Below, in pieces: positions 1 through 12,400 of a stretch of DNA of 64,000 nucleotides (positions within the stretch are counted from its first letter, which is position 1; every line of letters begins with the position of its first letter). The notes under the pieces are model-generated. The model saw nothing but the letters and a program-made list of their open reading frames with translations. It was not told where the DNA came from and did no database searches. The translations under genes and the position numbers were made by a program. The stretch is from Convolutriloba macropyga (taxonomy: Eukaryota), in NCBI RefSeq assembly GCF_964194025.1, contig NC_134470.1, forward strand, positions 23,064,001-23,128,000, in the 5' to 3' direction.

Positions 1-1400
1 CCAATAGTTAATTGTGATGATTTCAATATTGACATCTTAAAGGAGCATTTACTCACACAGAATCACTTAAATACAATCCACTCCAACTGTTTCCGGCTTC
101 TACCGAACGGACCAACTCTAGTCAGCGATGACTCGGTATTGTACTTTGATCATTGTATTCATCAATACTTGCTCAATGATTGCGTTATATTTGAGAATCA
201 AAATATTTCTGAATACTATTAAGTGTTGCTCGAATGGAACATTCAGGGAAAAACGGAAACCAAAAGTAACTTTATGGGAAACACATCTTTTCTTTATCAC
301 CGTGATAAGGTTAAGAAAGAAAATCCTTTTGAATCACGAACTAACTGAAACTTTCAATACAACCTAATGCTGAGGAAGCAGATCTGTTGACGAGTTTCAT
401 TAAGTGTTTGTTTTGATTAATGATTAATATGCTCCTTTAAAGCTTACTCATCCCACAAAAAGTTGTCTGCCGAAGTGGTTTGATAATAATCTTAAAAATC
501 TATGTGCGCAACGTAATTTGATGCATAGGAAGTGGACCAAAAGACAAACCAAATTTGACTCTGCTAAACAAATTTAGGGTCATTCGGATGTGACTCGAAA
601 AGAGAATCGAGAAGGCAAAAAGAGCGTATTATAAAAAAATCAAGAAATGTATCGGAGACGCACGGAAAATATTCAAGCTTCTAATGGATTGAAATGGAAA
701 CGATCACACGAAGTAACAATAGCGGTTGTGTCGTCAAATTGGTTAATTGTAAATTGTGGCGTAATTAAGAGATCCATCCTTGGGCCACTCTTATTTTTGA
801 TTTACATTAATGACTTGCCAAATTTGTGCTCTCAAATCGATGTTTATCTCTTTGCCGACGACAATAATAAAAATGGATTGAACTGCTCGAGTGAAGAAAT
901 TCAAACTACTCTTCTTAATATAACGAAGTGACTTAACGCAAAAAAAGCTGAACAGCTAAAACCTTTTTGAATTGAAATAAAAGAAAGTGCTTCCAAACAT
1001 CATTTCAAAATAGAATCTGATTATGTTATGAAAAATGAATCTAAATGTCTTGGGATAACAGTTGATTCAGAGTTTTCCTATCAGTTGCACATCAAATTGG
1101 TTGTTGCAAGAATGAGTAGACAGTACAGTGTAATCCCAAAGCTAAGGCTTTTTGTTCCACGATATCGGTGACCTGAATACAATTCAAGCGTAATAAATGC
1201 AAATATGCAGTACGGCATACTGGTTTATGCATGCTGCACAATTTCTTCTTTATTTGTAGGGCATCAGCTGCAGAAAAAAATGTTTAAAATGATTTTTTTC
1301 TTGAAACGCCGAGATCAAATTAATGATTTGTTCATTGGTGACAAAATTTGTCTTTGAATTAAAAATTTTTGAGATTCTAATTTTCGGTCTGAAATCGTTA
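1..1400 (+). mobile_element. Decayed CR1/L2-type LINE (APE endonuclease remnant + RT), internally deleted
   Basis: Starts with NCDDFNIDIL (APE GDFNID motif). ORF 647-931 contains CGVIKRSILGPLLFLIYINDLP...YLFADD (LINE RT GVPQGS-LGP / YADD motifs). Downstream KCLGITVDS..HIK and YGILVY are typical LINE RT C-terminal motifs. Many stops and frameshifts. Confidence 0.85.
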
Positions 1401-2185
1401 AACTTGCTGCATGCAGAAAAATTTTCGAATGATATGCTTCAATTGGAAAGATCGGGTATGTCCAAAATGGAGCGAAACTCAATTCTTCACCGTGCCTTTT
1501 TTGATAAATTTGCTGAAAATGCAATATCTTTTCCCAGCAGGTCTCCAATATTTACCATGAGTTAAAATATTCTTACACACTTGCGAACGATGAGCTTGTT
1601 CGAAAAAACGTTTTTTGATGATTAAAGGTGAATCAAAGCTCCTTTTAAATCTCTTAATATTTTGCTGAAGTCTAAGCCAAAGTTTTAGCCGCCACTTCTC
1701 CCAGGAAAATTTTCACCTTTTAACAAATTTTTGACAATTATTCTTTCCGAAACTGACCCTATAGAACAAGTAGCAATAAAAACTTTTTCTGTGAAATGGA
1801 GCCATAAAACTAGGACAATATTGGGTGCTGTTGGCCGTAGGAGGATGATAAGGTTTCAGTCCATAATTTAATGTTAAAATAGTTTTTTTGAGAATCATCT
1901 GATGGCAAGAATGTTTTTAAATTTTGCTGTCTTTTGGATTCTGTCTTATGGATTTTTGTCTAATAATTTATCAGTTTTGAACAAATGCAGGGCAAGCTGG
2001 AAAGCAGGTTGCGTGTCCTCTTCTGGCCTTGTTTTCAGTCACTGTCCTATAATTAATTAACTTGATGTTTATGAGGTTATATTGTTGATAATATGGTTTA
2101 TGATTAATATTGTTGTCGATGTATGATTTATGTTTAATTTTGTATTTATATTAATTTTGTCGTATCAATCGGGCGAGGATAAATT

Positions 2186-2187
<2 letters not shown>

Positions 2188-2266
<79 letters not shown>
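2188..2266. repeat. (CT)n microsatellite, 79 bp
   Basis: Perfect CT run read directly. Confidence 0.99.
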
Positions 2267-2269
<3 letters not shown>

Positions 2270-2517
2270 TTCATCGAAATTTTTAGACTGATCAATTTCT
2301 GATACGTACTGATTTTGGAAGGCAGTAGCTATTTAGATGTATCACGGTGCGTTTTCAGGCGGTTAGTATTGCACTTAACAATTGGCTTATGTAGAGCGGA
2401 TTGTGGATGGTTGATCTCCGGGTGGTTGAGCAATTGGGAGTGGAACTGGTATCTTACTTGCAATAACCATTTTTTTTTTTCGAAGATCTTCGGGATCTTT
2501 GACGTGCGGAGTTTGGA

Positions 2518-3223
2518 CCCGGGTCGAGGTTTTTACCCAAAAATACCGGGGAAAAGAGTGTAAAGAGTGTAAAAATAAAAAAATTCCCCCCTTATTTCTC
2601 CGCTTTGAACACTTTCCAATTTGATGGATCATAAACCCATTGATGGATCATAGTTAATTCATAAAACCTTCGATGGATCATAGTTATTTCATAAACCCAT
2701 TGATGGATCATAGTTATTGCTCGATCATACAGAAAAATATTTTTTAAGAATAAAGTGTAGATCCTAAAAATAGGGTTTAAGAGTGTAAAAATAATTGATA
2801 CTTAATATAAGGGTGGAAAAAAGAGTGTAATCTTTTATCCATCCACCTTAAATTACACTGTCTTAAAAATAGGGGTGTAAGAGTGTAAAAATAATTGATA
2901 CTTAATATAAGGGTGGAAATAAGAGTGTAATCTTTTATCCATCCACCTTAATTTACACTGTCTTAAAAATAAGGGTGTAAGAGTGTAAAAATAATTGATA
3001 ATTAATATAAGGGTGGAAAAAAGAGTGTAATCTATTATAATTCCACCCTTAATTACACTCTTTACAAAGAGTGTAAAAAGAGTGGACAAAAGAGTGTAAT
3101 TAAAGTGTAATTTTTTAAAATTACACTCTTCCACTCTTTTCCCCGATAAAAAACAGGGGAAAACGGATTACACCCTACTCCCCGCTAATTAGGGGTGGAA
3201 TAGGGGTGAAACCTCGGCCCGGG
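2518..3223. mobile_element. Non-autonomous EnSpm/CACTA-like DNA transposon (element 1)
   Basis: Left end CCCGGGTCGAGGTTT; right end reverse-complement CCCGGGCCGAGGTTT; GA on both flanks (2-bp TSD). Subterminal word AAGAGTGTAA is repeated on the left and appears inverted (TTACACTCTT) on the right. Internal ~40-bp and ~109-bp tandem repeats. Confidence 0.8.
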
Positions 3224-3439
3224 GAAGCTTGTTCTGTTTGATCTTGCAAGAACCTTGGTACCAGTATGCATTCATTTGCAAAATTCTTGCAAGTTTTTTT
3301 TATTCATCGACCACTATGGTATACATGTACTGTTTAAGTTTAAAATCAATTATCGCGGCTCACCAAAACATTACAACCCAGGCTGAGGTGCCAAACGGAA
3401 GCAAGTATGTCCAGACCGTCCCAGACGGAAGTTGCTTAT

Positions 3440-3890
3440 GTCCAGACTTTCGTGCGTTCGCCAGACTTTCGTGCGTTCATGTCCAGACTTTCGTGCGTTC
3501 ACCAGACTTTCGTGCGTTCATGTCCAGACTTTCGTGCGTTCACCAGACTTTCGTGCGTTCATGTCCAGACTTTCATGCGTTCACCAGACTTTCGTGCGTT
3601 CAACCGATTTTTGTGCGTTCATGTCCAGACTTTCGTGCGTTCTACAGACTTTCGTGCGTTCATGTCCAGACTTTTGTGCGTTCACCCAATTTTCGTGCGT
3701 TCAACCGATTTTTGTGCGTTCATGTCCAGACTTTCGTGCGTTCACCCAATTTTTGTGCGTTCAACCAATTTTTCGCGTCCAACTCGTGTCTCGCGTTCTC
3801 TCGCTCGTCTCTCGCTCGTCTCGCGTTCTCTCGCTCGTCTCTCGCTCGTCTCGCGTTCTCTCGCTCGTCTCTCACGTTGTCTCGCTTCGG
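3440..3890. repeat. Minisatellite CCAGACTTTCGTGCGTTCA(TGT) (19/22-bp units), followed by TCTCGCTCG-type repeats
   Basis: Direct reading. Accounts for the repetitive ORFs 3229-3903, 3407-3931 and 3432-3911, which are open in all three frames. Confidence 0.95.
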
Positions 3891-4200
3891 TCTTCTGGTT
3901 TGAGTCTATGATGTGTGTTTATGATGTATGATATATGTTTATGTTGCTTTTAGCTTTCTTGAATGAGTGTCAAAAAAAAGTCTGATAAAAAAAGTCTTAT
4001 TAGAGGTTTATTTTATTCTTAATACTGATAGATAGACACATAGAATTTTGCTCACGCCAGCAAAAAAGGATGTCTACTTTTAGTATAAAGATATTCATGT
4101 ACCTCACGTAAAAAAAGACGTTATATGTGGATTTGTGGACTCATGGAACCCTGGCATCTTCATCTTCAATGGGCATCTACAAGCATAAGGTTAGTTTTTT

Positions 4201-4560
4201 AGTCTGGACATGAACGCACGAATTTTTGTGCGTTCATGATCAGACTCTCGTACGAGAGTCTGATCATGAACGCACAAAAATGCGTGCGTTCATGTCCAGA
4301 CTCTCTTACGAGAGTCTGATCATGAACGCACAAAAATTCGTGCGTTCATGTCCAGACTCTCGTACGACAGTCTGATCATGAACGCACTAAAATTCGTGCG
4401 TTCATGTCCAGACTTTCGTGCGTTCATGTCCAGACTTTCGTGCGTTCGACAGACTTTCGTGCGTTCATGTCCAGACTTTCGTGCGTTCATGTCCAGACTT
4501 TCGTGCGTTCGACAGACTTTCGTGCATTCATGTTCAGACTTTCGTGCGTTTTTTGATGTT
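4201..4560. repeat. Palindromic, then direct, array of the same minisatellite unit
   Basis: Alternating inverted units such as TGATCAGACTCTCGTACGAGAGTCTGATCA, followed by direct CCAGACTTTCGTGCGTTC units. Confidence 0.9.
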
Positions 4561-5523
4561 TCCAGACTATGTAATTTTGAACGCACGACGCCCCCTCGTG
4601 CGTTCATCTTCGGTCTGGACATACTTGCTTCCGTCTGGGACCTCAACCTGGGAAGTTATACAATGACGGACCATGAACATGTTGTTGCTTTCATTGAATA
4701 CCGCTGAGGAATTGGAATAAGTGATTGCAATTAAAATGGCTACTAAAATCCAAATCAATCAATCAATTGAAATTGGGTTCAAACCAATAAATTAATTGGC
4801 AGAATATCGATAAATTGCAATCGTTTTAAGGAATGTTATAAACCTTTATTCATGAGTAAAATAACAGTGCTCAAGTCTCATGTACTTTTTTCTCGTGATT
4901 CTATGTTGTAGAAGGAAAACGTTAAACTGGAGCTTTTTCCTTCTACAGCTAAATTTATTTCAATGATTGATTGCTCCTTTTTTTAAATAATTCGGGGGAA
5001 GTCTAGAGTTGCCAACTTTTCGCGGTATAATTTTGGGTTCTCAACATTAAATAATTGCAATTAATAAGCTTTCTACCGATCAATTAATTGTTTTGGCCTC
5101 GCCATAAATTATAAATTGCCTTTGCATGAAGCCTCGTCGTAACCAGTAATCATCGTACAGCTGTATTTAAGCTAGTTGCCTTTGCACTTCTTCCTTGTCC
5201 TATATCTTAGGTTTATAGGGGTTTTGGCTGATGTCTCTACGAGCTACAAGTTCTTTTGAGACGAGTTTCGATTAAAAACTACGTTTGAAAACAGTACGTT
5301 ATGCACGTACGGACTATATCTTGCTGTTTTGCATAGCAAGTACCATTAAGTAGTAAATCATTATGTAAAAAATTCCATTCTTTTTAAAATTGGGCCCAAG
5401 ATAGAAGTTAAACCAGGTTTGCTTCTTTGCTTAGAGCTTGGAAAATATTGCCTCGATTTGTTTTTGAAAATTTTACAGATAATTGTACAGATAATTTTTC
5501 TTTCATTTTTTTTGCCCACAGAA

Positions 5524-6457
5524 CCCAGGTCGAGGTGGCCAGACCGAAGTGGCCCCTGATCAGACGAGTTTCGAGCGCACACATGTTCCGGATGCGCTCG
5601 AATTACATGGTCTGGAAAAGGCTTCGAGCGCACTTTTGTCTGGACAATGGTCTGAGTCTTGTCTGATCAGAGGTCACGTCAGTCTGGGACGGTCTGACCA
5701 GAGGCAGTTTTGAGCGCCAATTGTCTGATCAGAGGCCAATTTGAGCGAATTTTTTTTCAAGTTTTATTTTTGTTTTCATACTAACTTTTGTTGTCTCTGG
5801 TTTAAGAGTCAACAATAAAACAGCATTCTGATCAGAACTTCATCTGAAAATCTGATGGGTTTGATCAGAACCAAGGGGTCCAGCTGATAACAACTGCCGG
5901 TCCCCTCAAGAAAAGTTTTTGAATCAAAGTAGATCAAGACGTTTTTATGCAAAGCTGTCTAAGTTCAATTTTTCAGTTAAAAGCATAAATAAATGGCATA
6001 CTCAGTAGTTTTTTTGATCATTTTTTTTCGATTTATTTTCATTAGCAATACTTTCAGGATTGGCTTTTTGTTAGTTGAATATAAGATTGATAAAATGATA
6101 GATGAAATGAATATATTATAACGATTTTGAGAGATTTGTTCATGTTCAAAATCATTCTCTGATCAGAGGTGATTTCGACCGCACTTTAGTCTGGGACTAT
6201 ATTTCGAGTGCACTCTAGTCTGGACAGTGGTCTGGAACTCGTCTGGACAATGGTCTGGAACTTGTCTGATCAGGGGTCACTCGGTCTGGATCTCGTCTGA
6301 TCAGAGGCGGCTTCGAGCCCACTTTGAGCGCACAATGATCTTCGAGCGCATACTCGTCTGATCAGAGGTCACTTCGGTCTGGGATGGTCTGATCAGAGGT
6401 CCCACTTGTCTGGGACGGTCTGATCAGAGGCCATTTTGAGCGCGACCTCAACCTGGG
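5524..6457. mobile_element. Non-autonomous EnSpm/CACTA-like DNA transposon (element 3), inserted in the first unit of the large array
   Basis: Ends CCCAGGTCGAGGT / ACCTCAACCTGGG; AA TSD; subterminal TCTGATCAGAGG, TTCGAGCGCAC and GTCTGG repeats. Paralogous empty site at ~8561-8582. Confidence 0.88.
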
Positions 6458-9400
6458 AAGGTTTGTTGCCTTCTTGTTGCAGCAAATAAATTTGTTAAGT
6501 TTTGCGCTACCTTTTTGCTTGCGTCCTTGAGAGTACTTAGAGAAGTTGCTGCCTTCTTGTGCACTAATCAAAACCGGTTGTCGAAAAAGATACGTTTCGC
6601 GGGTGTGCTGCCTGTCTCTCCTTGTGTTCTTAGAAGGCTTATTGCCTTCCTGTGAACAAAATTAGATTTCTTTTTGCCCAAAAAATGATAAAATGGTGCG
6701 TTTCTTGGGATTTTTCCCAACATCGCTCCGATTGATTATAGTGTTTTTGCTGACTTCTTGAGCAGCAATCTAGATGACTTCACAAATGAAAAAGTCAATA
6801 TTCGCGCCATTGTTGCCTCACATTTCAAGGTTTTTTTTAAAGTTTTTGCATTCTCGTGCACTGAAAAATACTCCAACTCAACGGTTTCGATGATCAATAC
6901 CAAGAGGTCCGCGTTTTTCTGCCAAACTTATCAAATGTATCCTTTGGCGTAGAAATCAAGCATGCAATTTCAAACCTTCCATATTCCCAATCTATGGCGA
7001 CAGTGATATCTTTGCGGATGTTACTTTAATCGGACTCAATATAAGATCTTGTTTTGTAAGTGGTTGCAGCTTGACCTAGATAATAAATTGGCCGACTTCT
7101 CAAGGCAAGGTGTTTTGCAAAAAGACACACAGGATTAAGGTTTTACCGAACCGAATTGTAGACCACCTAACAATGGAGTCGAGGAAGATCATGAAGGTTA
7201 CCCAGTAGTACGTTGTGCGACAAAAGTTAGTAATGAAAGGGAATTCTAACGTACGTTGAAAAAGGCAACCGAAAAAGAGACCCCGGCAAACGACGCAGAA
7301 GGGAAAGGAAAAAGAAACGGGCAAAACGGGAACGGAGTACAAAAAACGGGCGGCAAAACTAAAATTGAAATTAACAGTACGGAAACTCGGGCTGATTAAC
7401 GAACGACAAAACAGGAATAATAATGTTGGGTCAGAAACACCGGGTGTACCAAGTGCAACGAAGCGAGAACCGATACAGAAGGGACAGCCGCTTTAAATAA
7501 GTCACGCCACAGAATGATTTTAAGGAAAATCAATTGAAGTGAAAACTGGCAAAGGACGTGGCTGCACATGATAGCCAAGAAAAAACATGTTACATATAAA
7601 TTTTCCAGAAAACTCAAAAAATCCGGGAAAGTTAGGAAACTCTCTAACGGTAATATCGGAACAAATCTAAGCCATAGCGAAGACAACAGAAGAACCAAAC
7701 GAACTAATAGTCATACATTAACTCAACAGAATGCGGCAGCCAAAAATATATCATACTACCATAGACTATCAGTGAACTATTAAAGTCGAAAGCCCTAGGA
7801 AACAAACCAGCAAAATTGTGAGTGAACAAATTGACATCCTAAAAGTTTACAAGACCAGAACGACCAACTAGAAAACAAGTATAATCAATTTACTGCAGCA
7901 AGATCATATTTCATCACATTAAACATTATTCCACATTGCAAGCAAAAAATACGCGGAGCCGAACAACACAGAACAAACAGAGTCCCGAACAAAACGATAC
8001 GAAAGAAACGGCAGATTTTGCGAGAGCAAATTTAGTGAAAAAAATATAAAAGTGAAAAAAGCCGGCAAAAGTAATAAAAACTTGCCGACGGTATGGTAAG
8101 AAATCAAAATACATTAGAATTTTGAGCAAAATCGTTTCTATGCAGGCTGGAGTTTGTGTGCTTTCTTTTTACACCTCTTCTTCTTCAAGTCTTTTGAGTT
8201 TCACTCACCTAGTGAATAGTCGGTTTTGAATATTGATCCTGACAGATTTGTCACACTTTCACTTTTCTGTACATTTTTTCTTTCTGTGTTAAGTTTTTTT
8301 GCTAATTCATTATTTCCCAATGCATTACCATTAAATTTGGGGTTATAACTTTTAAAGAACGGTTTTTACGCTTGTTTTTTTTCCAAAATTTTTTTAGGTC
8401 AAGTCAAAAATGTGAAAACAAATTTCAAAACTGAACTAAATTGTATCCTCCCATTTCAAAGCTGAGCTCAGGGCTGTGCTGTACAACCAAATTCTAGCAA
8501 CTGGTCCAAATTTCTTGGAAAAATGCCATATTTTTTACAGCTATTTTTTTTTAATTTATTTGCCCAGAGAAGGTTCGTTGCCTTCTTGTTGCAGCAATCA
8601 AAATCGGTTGTTGAAAAAGATACGATTCGCCGGTGTGCTGCCTGTCTTCTCTAGGATTCGTAGAAGGCTTATTGCTTTCCAAAAGTGATAATTTTGTCCA
8701 AGTTTTCTATTTGTGAAAATTTGATTAATGGCATGCCATCAATAAATAAAATGTAACTTCTTTGGAAATTTCATCCATTTATATAGAAGAGGTTTTCGGC
8801 GTCTAAATCTAAAGAAATTTACCGCAATCAATTTTCTGTAAGTGCAATTCTCATTCCTGAGAAATCCTTTTCCACCAGGCAACGGAGAAACGTATTTTTG
8901 GCATTTAAGTACTGAACAATAAGGAAAATCGTGGGCCTGGGCGTAAATTGAGGATAGTAAAGAAGTAGGAGTAAATTTCCAGGAAACTTGATTACCTTTT
9001 AAGATGAGGCATATTAGTCTTGTAAGGCCGTATTGTGGGGGTACCGGGAACGAAGTCTGCATCAATTGCTTGGCACTTCATCGAGTGTCACAAAGAGCTT
9101 CAATAGGTTTGTCGGATTGATAATGCTAAATACTAATAATTTTCTTTGTCATAATGCACTTACGCTAGACGTAAAACAACATAATAATTTGAGACTATTG
9201 AAGTACTTTTTATTCAATTAAGTTGATAGCGAAGTGGTTTTTAATTTTTTGCCTTCTTGTGCACTGAAAATACTCCAGCTCAACGGTTTTGGCGATCAAT
9301 ACAAATCGTGCCTCGTTTTTCTGCACAACTTACCGAAGGTATCCTTCAGCGTAAAAATCAATCATTCAATTTCAATCCTTCCATATTCCCTTTCTATGGC

Positions 9401-12400
9401 GTCAGTAATGTTTTTGTGGATGTTACTTTAATCGGACTCAAGATAAGGTGTTGCTTTATGAGATCTTGTTGCTGGGTCGCGATATTGAATTGGCTGACTT
9501 CTCAAGGCAAGGAATTTTGCAAATAGACACACAGGATTAAGGTTTTACCGAACCGAATGTTAGACCACTTGACAATGAAGCCGAGAAAGAGCATGAAGAT
9601 TACCCAGTAGCACGTTGCGCGGCAAAGGTAAGTAACAAAAGGGAAATCATCTAACGAACGTTGAAACGGGCAACCGGAAAAAGAGCCGGCAAACGACGCA
9701 AGAGTGAAAGGAAAAAGAAATAGACAAAACGGGAACGCAGGACCAAAACGGGCGACAAAATTAAAAAAGAAAGGTACAATACGGAAACGCGGGTTCAACA
9801 ACGAATGAAAAAACAGGAAACAAAATGGCGGGTCGGCAACACCGGGTGTACGAAGCGAAAACCGATACAGAAGGGACAACCACTTTAAAAAAAATCACGC
9901 CACACAACCAAATTAAGGAAAATCAACTGAATTTAAAACTGGCAAAGGAAGTGGCTGCACATGATAGCCAAGACAAAACATATGATACACATAAATTGTC
10001 TAAAACAATTAAAAAAATCCGGGAAAGTTAGGAAACTCTCTAACGGTAAATTGAGAACAAATCTAAGCCATAGCCAAGACAGCTGAAGAACCCAAACAAC
10101 TAATAGTCATACATTGATTGAACAGATTGCGGCAGCCAAAAATATATCATAATGCCATAGAGTATCAGTGAACTATTAAAGTCGAAAGCATTAGGAAACA
10201 AACCAGCCGTTTTGTGAGTCAACAAATTGACATCCTAAAAGTTTACAAGAGCAGAACGACCAACTGGAAAACTAGTATAATCAACTTACTGCAGCAAGAT
10301 CATATTTCATCGCATTAAGCATTATTCCACATCGCTAGCAAAAAAATACGTGGAGCCGAACAACACAGAACGAACAAAGTTCCGAACAATACCATACGAA
10401 AAAAACGAGAGACTTTGTGAGATTAAATTTTGTGACAAAAATGTAGAAGTGGAAAAAAGCTGGTATGCTAATAAAAACACGCCAACGGAATGGTAAAAAA
10501 TCAAATCACATTAGAATTTTGAGCAAAAACTTTTTTGTGCAGGCTGGAGTTTGTGTAGTTTCTTTTTACACATATTCTTCTACTCAAGTATTTTGAGTTT
10601 CACTCACCTAGTGATTAGTCGGTTTTGAAAGTTGATCCTGACAGATTTGTCACAATTTCAATTTTCTGTACATTTTTCTTTCTGTGTTAAGTCTTTTGCT
10701 AATTCGTTATTAAATAACGCAATTCAAGTAAATTGGGTGTTTTAACTTTTAAAGAACGGTTTTTACGTTTGTTGTTGATTTTTTTCAAAAAATTTTTAAG
10801 TCGAGTCCAAACTGAGAAAAGAATTATCAAAACTGAAATAAATCGTATCTTCCCATTTTTTTTCAAATCCGAGCTCAGGGTTGCGCTGAACAACCAAAGT
10901 GGCGCAACTCGTCCAAATTTCTTAGAAAAATGCACAATCTTTTGTACCAATAATTTTTCTTTGATTTTTAAGACCAACGAAGGTTTGTTGCCTGATTGTT
11001 GCAGCAACTAAATTTATTAAGTTTTGCGCCACTTTTTTGACTGCGACATTGAGAAAACATAGAAGGTTTGCTCAAAATCGATTGTCAAAAAAATACGTTT
11101 TGCTGGTGCGCTGCCTGTCTCTCCTAGGATAATTAGAAGGCTTATTGCTTTTCAAAAGCGATATTTTTGTCCAAAATTCCTTTTTATGGAAATTTGGTGA
11201 TTGGTATCAATAAATAAAACGTAACCTCTTTGGAAAATTTATCCATTTATATAGAATTGGTTTTTGGCGTCTAAATCTAAAGAAACTTACTGCAATTAGT
11301 TTTCTGTGCAAAACTAGTGCAAAACTCATTCCTGAGAAATCTCTTTTCACCAGGCAAAGGAGAAACGTTTTTCCGACATTTAATTACTAAACAATAAAGA
11401 AAATGGTGGGCTTGGGCATAAAGTGAGGATAGTACAGAAGTAGGATTAAATATCCAGGAAACTTGCGTAATCTTTAAGATCAGACATATTAGTCTTCTAA
11501 GGCCGTATTGTGGGGGTGCCGGGAACAGAGTTTCCAATAATTGCTTGGCACTTCATCGAGTGTCACAAAGAGCTTCAATAGGTTTGTCGGATTGATAATG
11601 CTAACTACTAATAAATTTCATTGTCATTATGCACTTACGCTAGACGTAAAACAACACATTAAATTGAGACTACTGAAGTATTTTTATTCATTTAAGATGA
11701 TAGCGACCAGGTTAATAATTTTTTGCTTTCATGTGCACTGAAAATACTAAAATTCAACGGTTTCGGCGGTCAATACAAAGAAAGCTTTGTTTTTCTGCAC
11801 AATTTACCGAAGGTATCTTTTAGCGTAAAAATCAATCACTCAATTTCAGCGCTTCCATATTCCCTTTCTATGGGGTCAGTGATATCTTTGCGGATGTTAC
11901 TTAAATCGGACTCAAGATAAGATCTTGCTTTATAAGGTCTTGCAGCTTGGCCTAGATATTAAAATGGCTGACTTCTCAAGGCAAGGTGTTCTGCAAAAAG
12001 ACACACAAGATTAAGATTTTACCGAAACAAATGTTAGACCACCTGACAATGAAGCAGAGGAAGAGCATGAGGGTTACCCAGTAGCACGTTGCGCGGCAAA
12101 GGTAAGTAACAAAAGGGAAATCATCTAACGAACGTTGAAATTGGCAACCGGAAAAAGAGGGAAAGGAAAATGAAACAGACGATACGGGAACGCAGGACGA
12201 AAAACGGTCGACAAAAATAAAATTGAAAGTAACAGTTCGGATACGCGGGCTGAACAACGAACAACAAAACAGGAATAATAATGGTGGGTCAGAAACATCG
12301 GGTGTACCAAGTGCAACGAAGCGAAAACCGATACAGAAGGGACAGCCGCTTTAAATAAGTCACGCCATAGAATGAATTTAAGGAAAATCAATTGAAGTGA

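Larger units (their letters stand above)
3377..4652. mobile_element. Non-autonomous EnSpm/CACTA-like DNA transposon (element 2)
   Basis: 42-bp TIRs (3377-3418 vs 4611-4652, 3 mismatches) beginning CCCAGGYTGAGGT; AA on both flanks; minisatellite subterminal arrays. Confidence 0.88.

Noticed and set aside
3440-3780. CRISPR-like regular short repeats
   Set aside because: Units are contiguous without unique spacers, there are no cas genes, and the context is eukaryotic.
3229-3931. Longest ORFs in the window (224, 174, 159 aa)
   Set aside because: All three frames are open only because the minisatellite lacks stops; the peptides are pure repeat translations inside a non-autonomous transposon.
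5003-5016. TAGAGTTGCCAAC resembling a hAT-type TIR
   Set aside because: No nearby matching inverted end or 8-bp TSD was found.
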